Shown here: piece after piece, positions 26,243-38,631 of the stretch
How positions within the stretch are numbered: the first letter of the stretch is position 1
How the letters are laid out: each line of letters opens with the position of its first letter
Source: Octopus vulgaris
Lineage: Eukaryota
Reading direction: 5' to 3'
DNA length: 64,000 bases
NCBI GenBank assembly: GCA_951406725.2
Contig: OX597833.1
Coordinates: forward strand, 66,216,001-66,280,000
Translations under genes and position numbers: made by a program
The notes under the pieces: model-generated
Told to the model about the DNA's origin: nothing
What the model saw: only the letters and a program-made list of their open reading frames with translations
Database searches by the model: none

Positions 26243-26414
26243 AGGCTCAGGAGTGGCTGTATGGTAAGTAGCTTCTTTACCAACCACATGGTTCCGAGTT
26301 CAGTCTCACTGCGTGACACCTTGGGCAAGTGTCTTCGACTATAGCTTTGGGCCAACCAAAGCCTTGTGAGTGGATTTGGTAGACGGAAACTGAAAGAAGC
26401 CCGTCGTATATATG

Positions 26415-26456
<42 letters not shown>

Positions 26457-26687
26457 TATGTGTGCATGTGTGTGTTTGTGTGTCTGTGTTTGTCCCCCTA
26501 GAATTGCTTGACAACCGATGCTGTTGTGTTTATGTCCCCGTTACTTAGTGGTTTGGCAAAAGAAACTGATAGAATAAGTACTGGGCTTACAAAGAATAAG
26601 TCCTGGGGTCGAGTTGCTTGATTAAAGGCAGTGCTCCAGCATGGCCGCAGTCAAATGACTGAAACAAGTAAAAGAGTAAAGAGTAAG
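26243..26687 (+). mobile_element. SINE family A, full length
   Basis: Head, internal (TA)n/(TG)n tract and (aagagta)n tail. Confidence 0.85.
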
Positions 26688-26972
26688 TGAACTGAAGAAT
26701 TAAAAAAAATTGTTGAAAAGGGACCAATTTTCGAAAATGTGCCCAGGGTGAGCAGTCGCTCTCTTTGCTCCCCTATTAGCTATGCCACTGCATGTAGCAT
26801 CTCAGTTCTAACACAAGCATCATGCAATCTGCCCTTCCCTCTGAGGGAGAAAACCTTTGTTACCAGCCGTAGCGATATCTCCCTGAACTTTTTCCAGCCT
26901 GTTCTTACCCTGGCTACAACACTTTCAGAGCAGCCATCCTCCTTGCTAATTACATCTCCTATGTAACAAAAG

Positions 26973-27279
26973 GTGGAGGCGCAATGGCCCAGTGGTTAGG
27001 GCAGCAGAGTTGCGGTCGGAGCATCGTGGTTTCGATTCCCAGACCGGACGTTGTGTGTGTTTATTGAGCGAAAACACCTAAAAGCTCCAAGAGGCTCCGG
27101 CAGTGGGTGAGTGGTGGCGACCCCTGTTGTACTTTTTCGCCACAACTTTCTCTCACTCTTTCTTCCTGTTTCTTGAGTAACGCAGTGATGGACTGGCGTC
27201 CCGTTCAGCTGGAGGGAACACATACGCCACAGAAACCGAGAAACTGGGCCCATGAGCCTGGCTAGGCTTGAAAAGAGTG
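26973..27279 (+). mobile_element. SINE head B + tail X
   Basis: Head as at 6961-7338, tail as at 5719-5966. Confidence 0.8.
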
Positions 27280-27282
27280 ACT

Positions 27283-27492
27283 CTCTTTACTCTTTTACTC
27301 TTTTACTTGTTTCAGTCATTTGACTGCGGCCATGCTGGAGCACCGCCTTTAATCGAGCAAATCGACCCCGGGACTTATTCTTTTTGTAAGCCCAGTACTT
27401 ATTCTATCGGTCTCTTTTGCTGAACCGCTAAGTAACGGGGACATAAACACACCAGCATCGGTTGTCAAGCAATGCTAGGGGGACAAACACAG

Positions 27493-27539
<47 letters not shown>

Positions 27540-27695
27540 TACGACAGGCTTCTTTCAGTTTTCCGTCTACCAAAATCCACTCACAAGGCATTGGTCGGCC
27601 CGGGGCTATAGCAGAAGACACTTGCCCAAGATTCCACGCAGTGGGACTGAACCCTGAACCATGTGGTTGGTTAGCAAGCTACTTACCACACAGCC
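27283..27695 (-). mobile_element. SINE family A
   Basis: Reverse-complement match to the other copies. Confidence 0.85.
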
Positions 27696-28262
27696 ACAAA
27701 AGCTATCAACTACTTCTAGGGAGTCATCCAGGTATTTAAGAAAATCTATCATACACACTGCTCCAGTGCATCTGTCACATGTGAAGCTTACATTCTCTTT
27801 CAGTCTTCCAATGTCTCCACAACACCTACTGAGTGTTCATAGCTTATATTGGGCACAACATATTGAGTTCATACCATCTCTTTTTCTACATATTGAGCAA
27901 GGCCATTTCTCTGAAGATATCAGGGTCTGTCTATTTTCTTTTTTACTCGCTAAAACCTTTATCTTTACTAAGTTTAACTAAAGACCTATAGGTCCTAAGT
28001 TTAGCTTCTATGCCTGGAATCTCTTCTCTAATTTCCCTTTAGATTCAGCTTTGAGGATTTGGTAATCACCAAATAGGAGTTCTTATCGGTAACTGGGTCT
28101 TAAAATATTCTGTATTGGCCAGTAGGACTTTGATAAATAAGCCTTGAGGAACTCCTATCCTCGCACTAAATTCATTACTGAAATCATTGTTAATTAACAT
28201 AACTTACTGCCTCTTTCTATATAATTTGTACAACCTCCACCAGCCCTTCATCTACACCTAGT

Positions 28263-28867
28263 ATCTTATTTCTTTATTGTCCACAAGGGGCTAAACATAG
28301 AGGGGACAAATAAGAACAGACAAAAGGATTAAGCTGATTACATCGACCCCAGTGCGTAACTAGTACTTAATTTATCGATCCTGAAAGGATGAAAGGCAAA
28401 GTCAACCTCAGCAGAATTTGAACTCATAACATAACAGCAGACGAAATACCTATTTCTTTATTAACTACAAGGGGCTAAACACAGAGAGGACAAACAAGGA
28501 CAGTCAAATGGATTAAGTCGATTACATCGACCCCAGTGCGTAACTAGTACTTATGTAATCGACTCCGAAAGGATGAAAGGCAAAGTCGACCTCGGCGGAA
28601 TTTGAACTCAGAACGTAACGGCAGACGAAATACCTATTTCTTTACTACCCACAAGGGGCTAAACATAGAGGGGACAAACAAGGACAGTCAAATGGATTAA
28701 TTCGATTACATCAACCTCAATGCATAACTGGTACTTAATTTATCAACCCCGAAAGGATGAAAGGCAAAGTTGACCTCGGCGGAATTTGAACTCAGAATAT
28801 AATGGCAGAAGAAATACTGCCAAGCATTTCGCCTGGCATGCTAACAATTCTGCCAGCTTGCCACCTT
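28263..28867 (-). mobile_element. Multimeric SINE family M: head plus 3 units, with TSD
   Basis: Period 183-184 bp; 12-bp TSD tctacacctagt at 28251-28262 and 28868-28879. Confidence 0.9.
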
Positions 28868-29010
28868 TCTACACCTAGTTTCTTTTGTGATCACCAAATT
28901 ACTGAATGTGGTACCCTGTCAAAGGCCTTCTCCAAGTCAAAGCATGTCAGGAATAGTTGCTAGCTCTAAAGCAAGTATCTCTACAACAGTTATACATATA
29001 TATATATATA

Positions 29011-29245
29011 CTTTATTTAAAAGCAGCAGAAATTCAACAAAACCTGTTACTCGGAGTTTCACATTCCCGACAGTTTTGTTAAAATAGAACTGAAGAAAAC
29101 CGTCCGACGAACGGGAACGTGAAACTCCGAGTAACAGGCTTTGTTGAATTACTGCTGCTTTTAAATAAAGCATATTACTCTACCCCTGGTATTTGAGTAC
29201 TCTTTTTTCCACCTTGTTTCACATTTATGTGTTTACTCTGGTGTA
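29011..29245 (+). mobile_element. Foldback element between (TA)n tracts with a hammerhead-like motif at 29100-29137
   Basis: Inverted arms 29011-29070 and 29111-29170; ccgt-CCGACGA-acg(ggaa)cgt-GAAActccgagTA-acag. A related remnant lies at ~46098-46232. Confidence 0.6.
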
Positions 29246-29316
29246 TATATATATATATATACTATATTAAAGCTCTGAGTGAAATATAAACAGTAGCAAT
29301 ATGGAACAGTAGCATA

Positions 29317-29550
29317 TAGTTGCCAACCAAGTGTGGCATCCTATACAGGACAGTACTACTGATGTTTATAGCCCCAGGAAGACATCTCTTCCAGCTGGCT
29401 AACAATACACATTCTGTGTCTGATTAGTATTTACAAATACTAATCAGATACAGAATGTGTTTCATTAGCCAGCTGGAAGAGATGTCTTCCTGGGGCTATA
29501 AACATCAGTAGCATTGTTCTGTATAGGACGCCACACTTGGATGACAATTA
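29317..29550. repeat. Near-perfect 234-bp palindrome
   Basis: Symmetric about 29433/29434 (agtattt-ac-aaatact). Confidence 0.9.
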
Positions 29551-29755
29551 TATGTATGTGTATATATCATCATCATCATCGTTTAATGTCCGTTTTCCAT
29601 GCTAGCATGGGTTGGACGGTTCGACTGGGGTCTGGGAAGCCAGGAGGCTGTACCAGGCTCCAGTCTGATCTGGCAGTGTTTCTACAGCTGGTTGCCCTTC
29701 CTAATGTCAACCACTCCGTGAGTGTAGTGGGTGCTTTTTACGTGCCACCAGCACG

Positions 29756-29800
<45 letters not shown>

Positions 29801-29937
29801 CAAAAATGAGTTTAAGAGGTATATCGCCATAGTGGTTACCGTGTCTCCTCTTAATTCAGTTTTAGATGCCGGCTTACCACAATGGACCTTTTGTGATATG
29901 TGAGTTAACAATAAGTTGCTAGGCTCTGGTGGATGGA

Positions 29938-30266
29938 AGCACTCCATCGGTTACGACGACGAGGGTTCCGGTTGATCCGAATCAACGGAACAGCCTGCTC
30001 GTGAAATTAACGTGTAAGTGGCTGAGCACTTCACAGATACATGTACCCTTAACGTAGTTCTCGGGGATATTCAGCGTGACACAGAGAGTGACAAGGCCGG
30101 CCCTTTGAAATACAGGTACAACAGAAACAGGAAGTAAGAGTGAGAGAAAGTTGTGGTGAAAGAGTACAGCAGGGATCACCACCATCCCCTGCCGGAGCCT
30201 CGTGGAGCTTTTAGGTGTTTTCGCTCAATAAACACTCACAACGCCCGGTCTGGGAATCGAAACCGC

Positions 30267-30267
<1 letters not shown>
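29938..30267 (-). mobile_element. SINE head B + tail Y, 5'-truncated
   Basis: Near-identical to 6961-7290. Confidence 0.85.
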
Positions 30268-30298
<31 letters not shown>

Positions 30299-30314
30299 GT
30301 GTGTGTGTGTGTGT

Positions 30315-30702
30315 ATAAAGCAGTGGTATGTTGTCAACTTAATGTGACAGTCCCATGAAAGGGAATAATACTGCTGCTATTTAGCCCTTGGAAGCAGCAA
30401 TGCTTCCTGTCGGCCTTGACATATTTCCTGTGTCCTTATGTGTACAAAGGAGGGGATAAGCACCTCCACCAAGCAAAGCTAGCTACCAGCGACTAGTTTC
30501 TGAGTCATTGCTCATCATCAGTCTGGAGTAGTATGGGTTGCTAGCTGTCGATGCCTGCCTGCCTCTGTAAACATAAGGACAGAGGAAATGTGTCAAGGCC
30601 GACAGGAAGCGTTGCTTCCTAGGGCTAAACAGCTGTAGTATTATTCCCTTTCATGGGACTGTCACATAAAGTTATTAAGTAGACAACATACCACCACTTT
30701 AT
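30315..30702. mobile_element. Foldback element with a central hammerhead motif (minus strand ~30486-30526)
   Basis: ~140-bp inverted arms; minus strand ccaga-CTGATGA-tgag(caatga)ctca-GAAActagTC-gctgg. Confidence 0.65.
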
Positions 30703-30834
30703 CTTGTCACTACTGTATGAATCCCTCTCAGAGATTTAGAAATGTATGATTTATATTTATATAAATAATACATGCGGTGGTGCCCCAGCATGGCCGCAGC
30801 CTTCGGGCTGAAACATTTTTAAGGATTTATATAT

Positions 30835-31047
30835 ACTCTCTTTTACTCTTTTACTTGTTTCAGTCATTTGACTGCGGCCATGCTGGAGCACCGCCTTTTA
30901 GTCGAGCAAATCGACCCCGGGACTTATTCTTTGGAAGCCCAGTACTTATTCTATCGGTCTCTTGTGCCGAACCGCTAAGTGACGGGGACGTAAACACACC
31001 AGCATCGGTTGTCAAGCAATGCTAGGGGGACAAACACAGACACACAA

Positions 31048-31087
<40 letters not shown>

Positions 31088-31258
31088 ATATATACGACAG
31101 GCTTCTTTCAGTTTCCGTCTACCAAATCCACTCACAAGGCATTGGTCGGCCCGGGGCTATAGCAGAAGACACTTGCCCAAGATGCCACGCAGTTGGGACT
31201 GAACCCGGAACCATGTGGTTGATTAGCAAGCTACTTACCACACAGCCACTCCTGCGCC
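30835..31258 (-). mobile_element. SINE family A, full length
   Basis: Reverse-complement match to the other copies. Confidence 0.85.
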
Positions 31259-32299
31259 TTATATATATATATATATTCCTGATCTTTCTCTCTCCAACTG
31301 GATAACCTTGTACTTCCTCTACAGCATCCCTAACCTTAACCCTCCTCCATTGCCTAAGTACTTGGTGACCGTGTTAGCGCAGGTGCCACATAAAAAGCAC
31401 TAAGTCCATTCTGCTGAGTGGTTGGTGTTAGGACGGAAGAAATACTGTGAGGAATTCAGTACAGTGTTCTAATGACTCAGCCATCATTATTTTAATGCCT
31501 ACTTTTCCAAGCTCGCATGTGTCAGATGTAATTCGTTGAAGCAGATTTTCTACAGCTGGGTGCCCTTCCTGTCACCAACTCTCTCTCTTGTTTCCAAGAA
31601 AATTAATACTTCTGCATGACCAGACATTTTCACAGATAATAGGAAAATGAAGGACACCTCTTGTATGGAGGTGATGCTCATTTACAACTATCGTGTAATG
31701 TCAGCACAAAGAGACACTAACATGCACACTTATATATATACATACACATATGTATGTGTGTGTGTGTGTGTGTGTGAATGCAGTCTACAAGAAAGATGCG
31801 TTGCGTGATTCTAAAAGTTTCACAGAAATTAAATCAGGTCAAAAGTGTAATTCTTCGTTGTGAGGATCCGACATATTTCCTTTGGCGGGTTATAAAAACT
31901 CGAATTCGTTATAGAGCGAGAACAGAAATACTTTATTATATTACAATCAATGTATTCTTCATATCTTTATGGTGTCCTACATAATTTAGCTACATTCATT
32001 TCATGTATGTGTAAACCTATATCCATAGATGTATACACACACATCGATATATATAGGAACAAACAATGGAGTCACTTTGTAGGCAACATCCTGTTGGTTG
32101 AAAGAAAAATAGCAGCGAAATCATTTACTTTACATTCTGTAGTGTCCAGTTTTTAAAACACGGGACGGACACTTTGGATAATGTGGTCCTTGATAATTTT
32201 GGGGGAAAAAAAGCAAAGGGCATGATGAAAAAAACAAATAATGCCGTATGAAACAAGCCTGTCTGCTTGAAAAGAAAAGGCGGGCTTGTCACATTTGCT

Positions 32300-32942
32300 T
32301 TTGGTGTCTGCCTCTTATATGAAGATTGTTGCTTTATATATTCTACTTGTTGCTAAGTTTAACTGCCGCATATGCCTTTAGGTAAAACAATGAACAATCA
32401 GAGCTCAAATGAATTTGCAAGCAACGTATTTTATTTTTATTAAATTGAAAAACAAGCAGTCATGATGTCACTTGTTAGCAAGAATGTCGGTCGTTTGATA
32501 AGTAAAATCTTGTTGTAGCAGAGATGACACGAATACTTGCTCGGTAACACAGTTTTCTATTAGAAGGTAAAACACGACGGTGACCTAGAAAATATATCGA
32601 AATGTATTTTCATCTTTCGTCACTTCCAAGTAATAATCAAATCTGATTTTAAACTATAAGATTCAAAATGTCAAGTTAAGGATCTTTAACTTGGATTCTT
32701 TGAAGCAAATTGTATTATATTACTATATAAAAATATGGTAGTATTTCGTTTGATTTCAGCAAATGATTTTATTACGAATGAATATTGAAGAGAAACAGAC
32801 TGTTACATAATCGAACAGGGAGAGTTACCAAATAGTTAAAGCTATAAAGGAATCGATAAAACCATTTTCCTTTTAACAGAGACGAACACAAAATGTCAGT
32901 CTCTCTCTCTCTCTCTGACACTATCTTTGTCTCTCTATCCAT

Positions 32943-33024
<82 letters not shown>

Positions 33025-35737
33025 TATATATATATAAATATATCTTTATTTATATATAACAATTGCAGCGTGGAAGGTGTTTATAAGCCATTTAAGAAAA
33101 CACACAAAAACCGTTAGATTCACTTCAACATTTAAATTTAATTTGCCAAAATATTTTCGTCACTTTGAGACCGCGACCTGTTCACTGACAAAATTCCGTG
33201 CTTCATCTCATATAGATATCATATATAAATATGAATCATATATAAATATGATATCTAAGGTACACACACGTGTATATGTAATGGGTGGGAATATGTTAAA
33301 AGGTGTGAGCAATATAAAGACCGGATTAGTGTTCAAACTAGATAGAATATGTAAAACCCAACGTCCTAACTATGGGGGCCGTAATTCAGCTGAACAAAAG
33401 CTGGTCATAGGAAACGCATCGGTGAAGCTAACGAAAATAAGCGCTTCTAAGTTACAAAAATAGAAATGTAATTAAACGGAAATGAGGCTTATAGTCCATG
33501 GTAATCATTTACAAATTCAAATTTGATTTAGTGAATTTGATGAAGAATATTTAATTCTTCAGATATTTGAGCGGAATTAAGTCTTCCTACACAAGTGTGC
33601 CCTTTCCGGATTTGTTTCCTCATAACTTTCGGAAAAACTGATGCTTTTTAATGAAAATGTACATCGTGTACATTATGGTTATATCGAAATTTTATTGAAA
33701 AAAAAAAAGAAAAAGAAGAAATGGTGCGCACATGTACGTACTGAAAGACATCACATAATATCGACATTATGAAACTTCAGGAAAAATTATGTGATGTGTG
33801 CCAATAATGTATATGTGCACCCCCAACAATTTTCCCCTTCCTCATTGAATTCCGATATAAGCATCTTTTGAAGCACATTTGTAGAAAATTTCATTAAAAA
33901 ATATCCATTTTTCTGAAAGTTATAAGAAGACAAAGCCTGGGGCAGAAGGGGTTGTGGAAGTATGCCAGGAATTGTCTAGAACCGTATCTAAAATTAACCG
34001 GTCATCTAACAATGGAAATGTTTTCTCCTATAAGACTGGCTATTTATATGATCACCCCTTCTCTCTTTCTCTCTGAACGAATATCGGAACTTGATAGCTT
34101 AGGAACTAAACAGCAGCTACAAAACGGTGAAGGAATTTCTTCTGAAGAAAATCAATCACCAACATGATCGTCAGAAAAAACGAATCGTTAAGGACAGGAT
34201 TGAACCCTAGGCAACTAGATCCACCTTACTTCAATGTAAAGGATCGCAAAACCGACTTGATCGTTAAACCTTCGATCAGATTTATTTGCCTCTGTAAATC
34301 CGACCTCAATCAAATTGATAATAAAAAAAAATATTTTAGATGGGATTATCCTAATTGTTAGGGATAAATTCAAGATAATTTTCTTCATTTTTTAAATCTG
34401 TATTTTAGTTTATGTAACCTAAGGGTATTAATCTATTTGTGAAGGACTACCATAGAGAATTGTACTTATTTCTACTTAGCTATATTTATATTTGTGTAAC
34501 TTATTTAGTATCTATAAATGCTTAGTTGGCATAAAAAAACTCCGTCTATTTTTATTATATCTATCTCTCTCTACCTACCTACCTGTCTGTCTGTCTATCC
34601 ATCTATCTACCTACCTTTCTATCTACCTACCTATCTATCTACCTACCTATCTATCTATCTATCTACCTATCTATCTACCTATATCTATCTATCTATCTAT
34701 ATCTATCTACCTATCTATTTATATCTATCTACCTACCTACCTCTCTCTCTCTCTCTCACTATCTATCTACTTAACTATCTTCATTTAATGTTCATGTTCC
34801 ACGCTACATGGGCTGGACAGAATATAATACAATATAATAAAATATATCTTAATACATTATAATATAATACACTTCTTGTCCCAAATAGAGAGACGCGGCA
34901 TTTAATGACTGGAATTTATGTGGAAATGTCATCATGTCTATTTGATTAAAACAGACGTTAAACATTTGACGTTAAAACAGCATCAAATTGTTGAAAAATT
35001 GTCTAAATGTTTTACAATATAATTTTCCTGGGATCTTTTCCTGAAATACATTCATCAAATGATAAGCACAAAATCATATTCATGTTGACATTGTGTCGTT
35101 TATTTTAGATTTTACTGCAGCAATTTTGGCGCCTTTCCATGTTCCATGATTTTGTTGTTTAACCTTAATCAAGCGCTCCAGCCTTGCCCATCCTGGTTTT
35201 ATTTTTCCCATACCACATTATCAAATATGTCCTTCCTCTGAAGGCACTAATATGTAATTTAACACAGATTTAGCAGCTATTTTTAGCATGTCAATAGACC
35301 AATTGAGAATATTTACCTCGATCTATTTAATGCTACGTAATATAAATAAATCATGGTGCTTTGGGTTTGCTTTTCATGAATTTACTTTATTCTGACACAA
35401 ATTTATGACAGAAAATCCTGTCAACACCAAGCCCCAGTCATTAATAATGTCCACTAAATTAAGATATTAACAGAAACTTGATACAGTTTGGAGAAATTGC
35501 TAAATGAAAGGAATGTATTAAATATTTTAAAGAAAATATTTCCAGAAAAAAAAATTCCGCCATTTCAAGGGAGACAATTTTTAGCGTCCAAATTTTAGTG
35601 TTAAGAAAATGTCCCCCTTGGTCCGTTTTAATAAAACTGGAGGAGAATCCACTTGTTTATTAATCAGTAGAATTTTAATTGGATAATCTTTGTTCTAGCT
35701 CCATAATGGAATTATTTATTATTATTATTTTCCATTT
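32300..35737 (-). repeat. Right arm of the inverted duplication (extra sequence at ~32870-34860)
   Basis: For example 35050-35200 is the reverse complement of 21421-21566. Confidence 0.9.
33616..33929. mobile_element. Old MITE-like element
   Basis: Imperfect inverted ends ttcctcataactttcggaaaaa..taatgaaa / tttcatta..tttttctgaaagttataagaa. Confidence 0.4.
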
Positions 35738-35775
35738 TTCATTTCCTTCAAATATATATTAAATCTGTGTGTGTG

Positions 35776-36062
<287 letters not shown>

Positions 36063-36187
36063 CCCCATGAATAAATACTCTGTCGTCATCTCCCACCTGT
36101 TTGCAAGTAAGGTAATATTTCAGGTATATGAAGGATACCCCTCTTGTACAACAGTGGTACTCATTTACAATTATTACGTATGTAAAT

Positions 36188-36982
36188 AGGTGCAGGAGTG
36201 GCTGTGTGGTAAGTAGCTTGCTTCCCAACCACATGGTTCCGGGTTCAGCCCCACTGCATGTCACCTTGGGCAAGTGTCTTCTACAAGAGCCTTGGGCCGA
36301 CCAAAGCCTTGTGAGTGGATTTGGTAGACGGAAACTGAAAGAAGCCTGTCGTTTTGTGTGTCTGTGTTTGTCTCTGCCACCATCGCTTGACAAATGATTG
36401 TTGGTGTGTTTATATTCCTGTAACCTTGCAGTTTGGCAAAAAGAGTGACCGATAGAATAAGTACTAGGCTTACAAAGAATAAGTCCTGGGGTCGATTTGC
36501 TCGACTAAAGGTGGTGCTCAAGCATGGCCACAGTCAAATGACTGAAGCAAGTAAAAGAGTAAAAAGAGTAAGAGTAGGCGCAGGAGTGGCTGTGTGGTAA
36601 ATAGCTTGCTAACCAACCACATGGTTCCGGGTTCAGTCCCACTGCGTGGCATCTTGGGCAAGTGTCTTCTGCTATAGCCCCGGGCCGACCATTGCCTTGT
36701 GAGTGGATTTGGTAGACGGAAACTGAAAGAAGCCTGTCGTATATAAGTATACGTGTGTGTTTGTGTGTCTGTGTTTGTCCCCCTAGCATTGCTTGACGAC
36801 CGATGCTGGTGTGTTTACGTCCCCGTAACTTAGCGGTTTGGCAAAAGAGAACCGATAGAATAAGTACTGGGCTTAAAAAAGAATAAGTCCTGGGGTCGAT
36901 TTGCTCGACTAAAAGGCGGTGCTCCAGCATGGCCACAGTCAAATGACTGAAACAAGTAAAAGAGTAAAAAGAGTAAGAGTAA
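36188..36982 (+). mobile_element. Two head-to-tail SINE family A copies
   Basis: The second head (ggcgcaggagtgg, ~36577) directly follows the first tail. Confidence 0.85.
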
Positions 36983-37126
36983 AATGAGGTTTATTTTTCA
37001 GACCATTCCTCCTTATCGTCCACACACTTCTTCTTCTTCCATCGGTGTTGCAGGGTTTACATCCTATTATTGCTGAAGAAGCTGCTTTCATCCTTTTGGT
37101 CAAAAAAGTCATCAACAGCAGACATG

Positions 37127-37282
37127 ACATCATCATCATCATCATCACCATCACCATCATCATCATCATCATCACCATCATCATCACCATCATCATCACC
37201 ATAATCACCATCATCATCATCATCATCACCATCATCATCACCATCATCATCACCATAATCACCATCATCATCATCATCCTCA

Positions 37283-37329
<47 letters not shown>

Positions 37330-37394
37330 CCATCATCATCATCACCATCACCACCACCACCACCATCACCACCACCATCATCATCATCATCATC
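37127..37394. repeat. (CAT)n/(CAC)n microsatellite
   Basis: Visible directly. Confidence 0.95.
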
Positions 37395-38631
37395 CTCAGT
37401 GTGATACTTGTTCCCAGCTAAGTGTATTTTTTTTCTTTATGTTGTGGGAACAGATGATGGTCAGATAAGGACCAATCAGAATAGGTAGGTTGATCGATCA
37501 ACCAGTTGAAAACCACAGTCAGGTACAGCAACCATAAAGCTAGGAACTTTTCAGCCCCCCCCCCACTGAGGCTACGTGGCTGAGGTCCTTTTTGAGTGTT
37601 GGGCCTCTCAGAGGCAATGACTGGGACCTTTGGCATTATGTCCTGGTTGAGAAGAAGACCCATCAAACTGAGCAAAATTGCAGTTGTGGCAGATTACAGT
37701 GTCACGCAAATGGCACTTGTGTTGGTGGCACATAAAAGCACCCATTAAACTCTTGGAGTGGTTGGCATTAGGAAGGGCATCCAGCCGTAGAAACCATGCC
37801 AAATCAGACTGGAGCCTGGTGCAGCTTTCCAGCTCTGGCCAAATCATCCAACCTGTGTCAGGATAGACAACAGATGGTAAATGATGATGATGATGAAATA
37901 TATTCTTTCATTGTGTTTCAGTCATTTGACTGTGGCCATCCTGGGGCACTGCCTTTAGTCAAACAAATTGACCCCAGGACTTATTCTTTGTAAGCTCAGT
38001 ACTTTTTCTAGCAGTCTCTTTTGCTGAACCGGGCTGGATGCCCTTCCTAATACTATTTCCCAGTTGGCATGTTATGGCTTTCAAACCATTTTGGGTCTTC
38101 TTGTTTCAGTCTTATATAGAAGCTGGCTTTGTCAACTGCCCCTTATGTCCTCCTTAATACTTTTCTCAGCTCTGAACTCAAAAATGCAAACCTTTTTTTA
38201 AATAACATCACCATTTTATTTCTTTGGGCTTTTTTAAAAAATTATATTTTGAGTTGAAATTGAACAAATGTTGATTTTGTCTTTCATCCTTTTAGGGTTA
38301 ATAAAATAAATACCAGCTGAACACTGGGGTTGATGTGACTGATTTACCCCCACCCCCAACCCATCACTTCCCCCACAATTGCTGGTGTTAGGAAGGGCAT
38401 CCAGCCATAGAAACCATGCCAAATCAGACTGGAACCTGGTGAAGCTCTTCGGCTTATCAGCTCTGAACAAACTGTCTAACCCATGCCTGCGTGGACAACA
38501 GATGTTAAATGATGACGATGATGATGATCGTTTCTACTATAGGCACAAAGCCTGAAATTTTGGGGGAGGTGGGGTGGGAGCTAGTTGATTACATTGACCC
38601 CAGTATGTAACTGGTACTTACTTCATTTTCA

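Larger units (their letters stand above)
26786..28990 (-). pseudogene. Decayed RTE-clade LINE ORF (RT domain with PHD-like finger), split by SINE insertions at 26973-27695 and 28263-28867
   Basis: Minus-strand translation with stops and frameshifts: FDLEKAFDRVPHSVIW..KKLGV|DEGLV..FSNEFSARIGVPQG..ELLFGD..KWPCSICRK..CDRC..LEVVDSF|CYIGDVISKEDGCSESVVARVRTGWKKFRE..KGRLHDACVRTEMLH. Confidence 0.88.

Noticed and set aside
36505-36942. Recurrent peptides such as [15 protein letters not shown] and FDCGHAGAPP
   Set aside because: Antisense translations of SINE family A, not a gene family.
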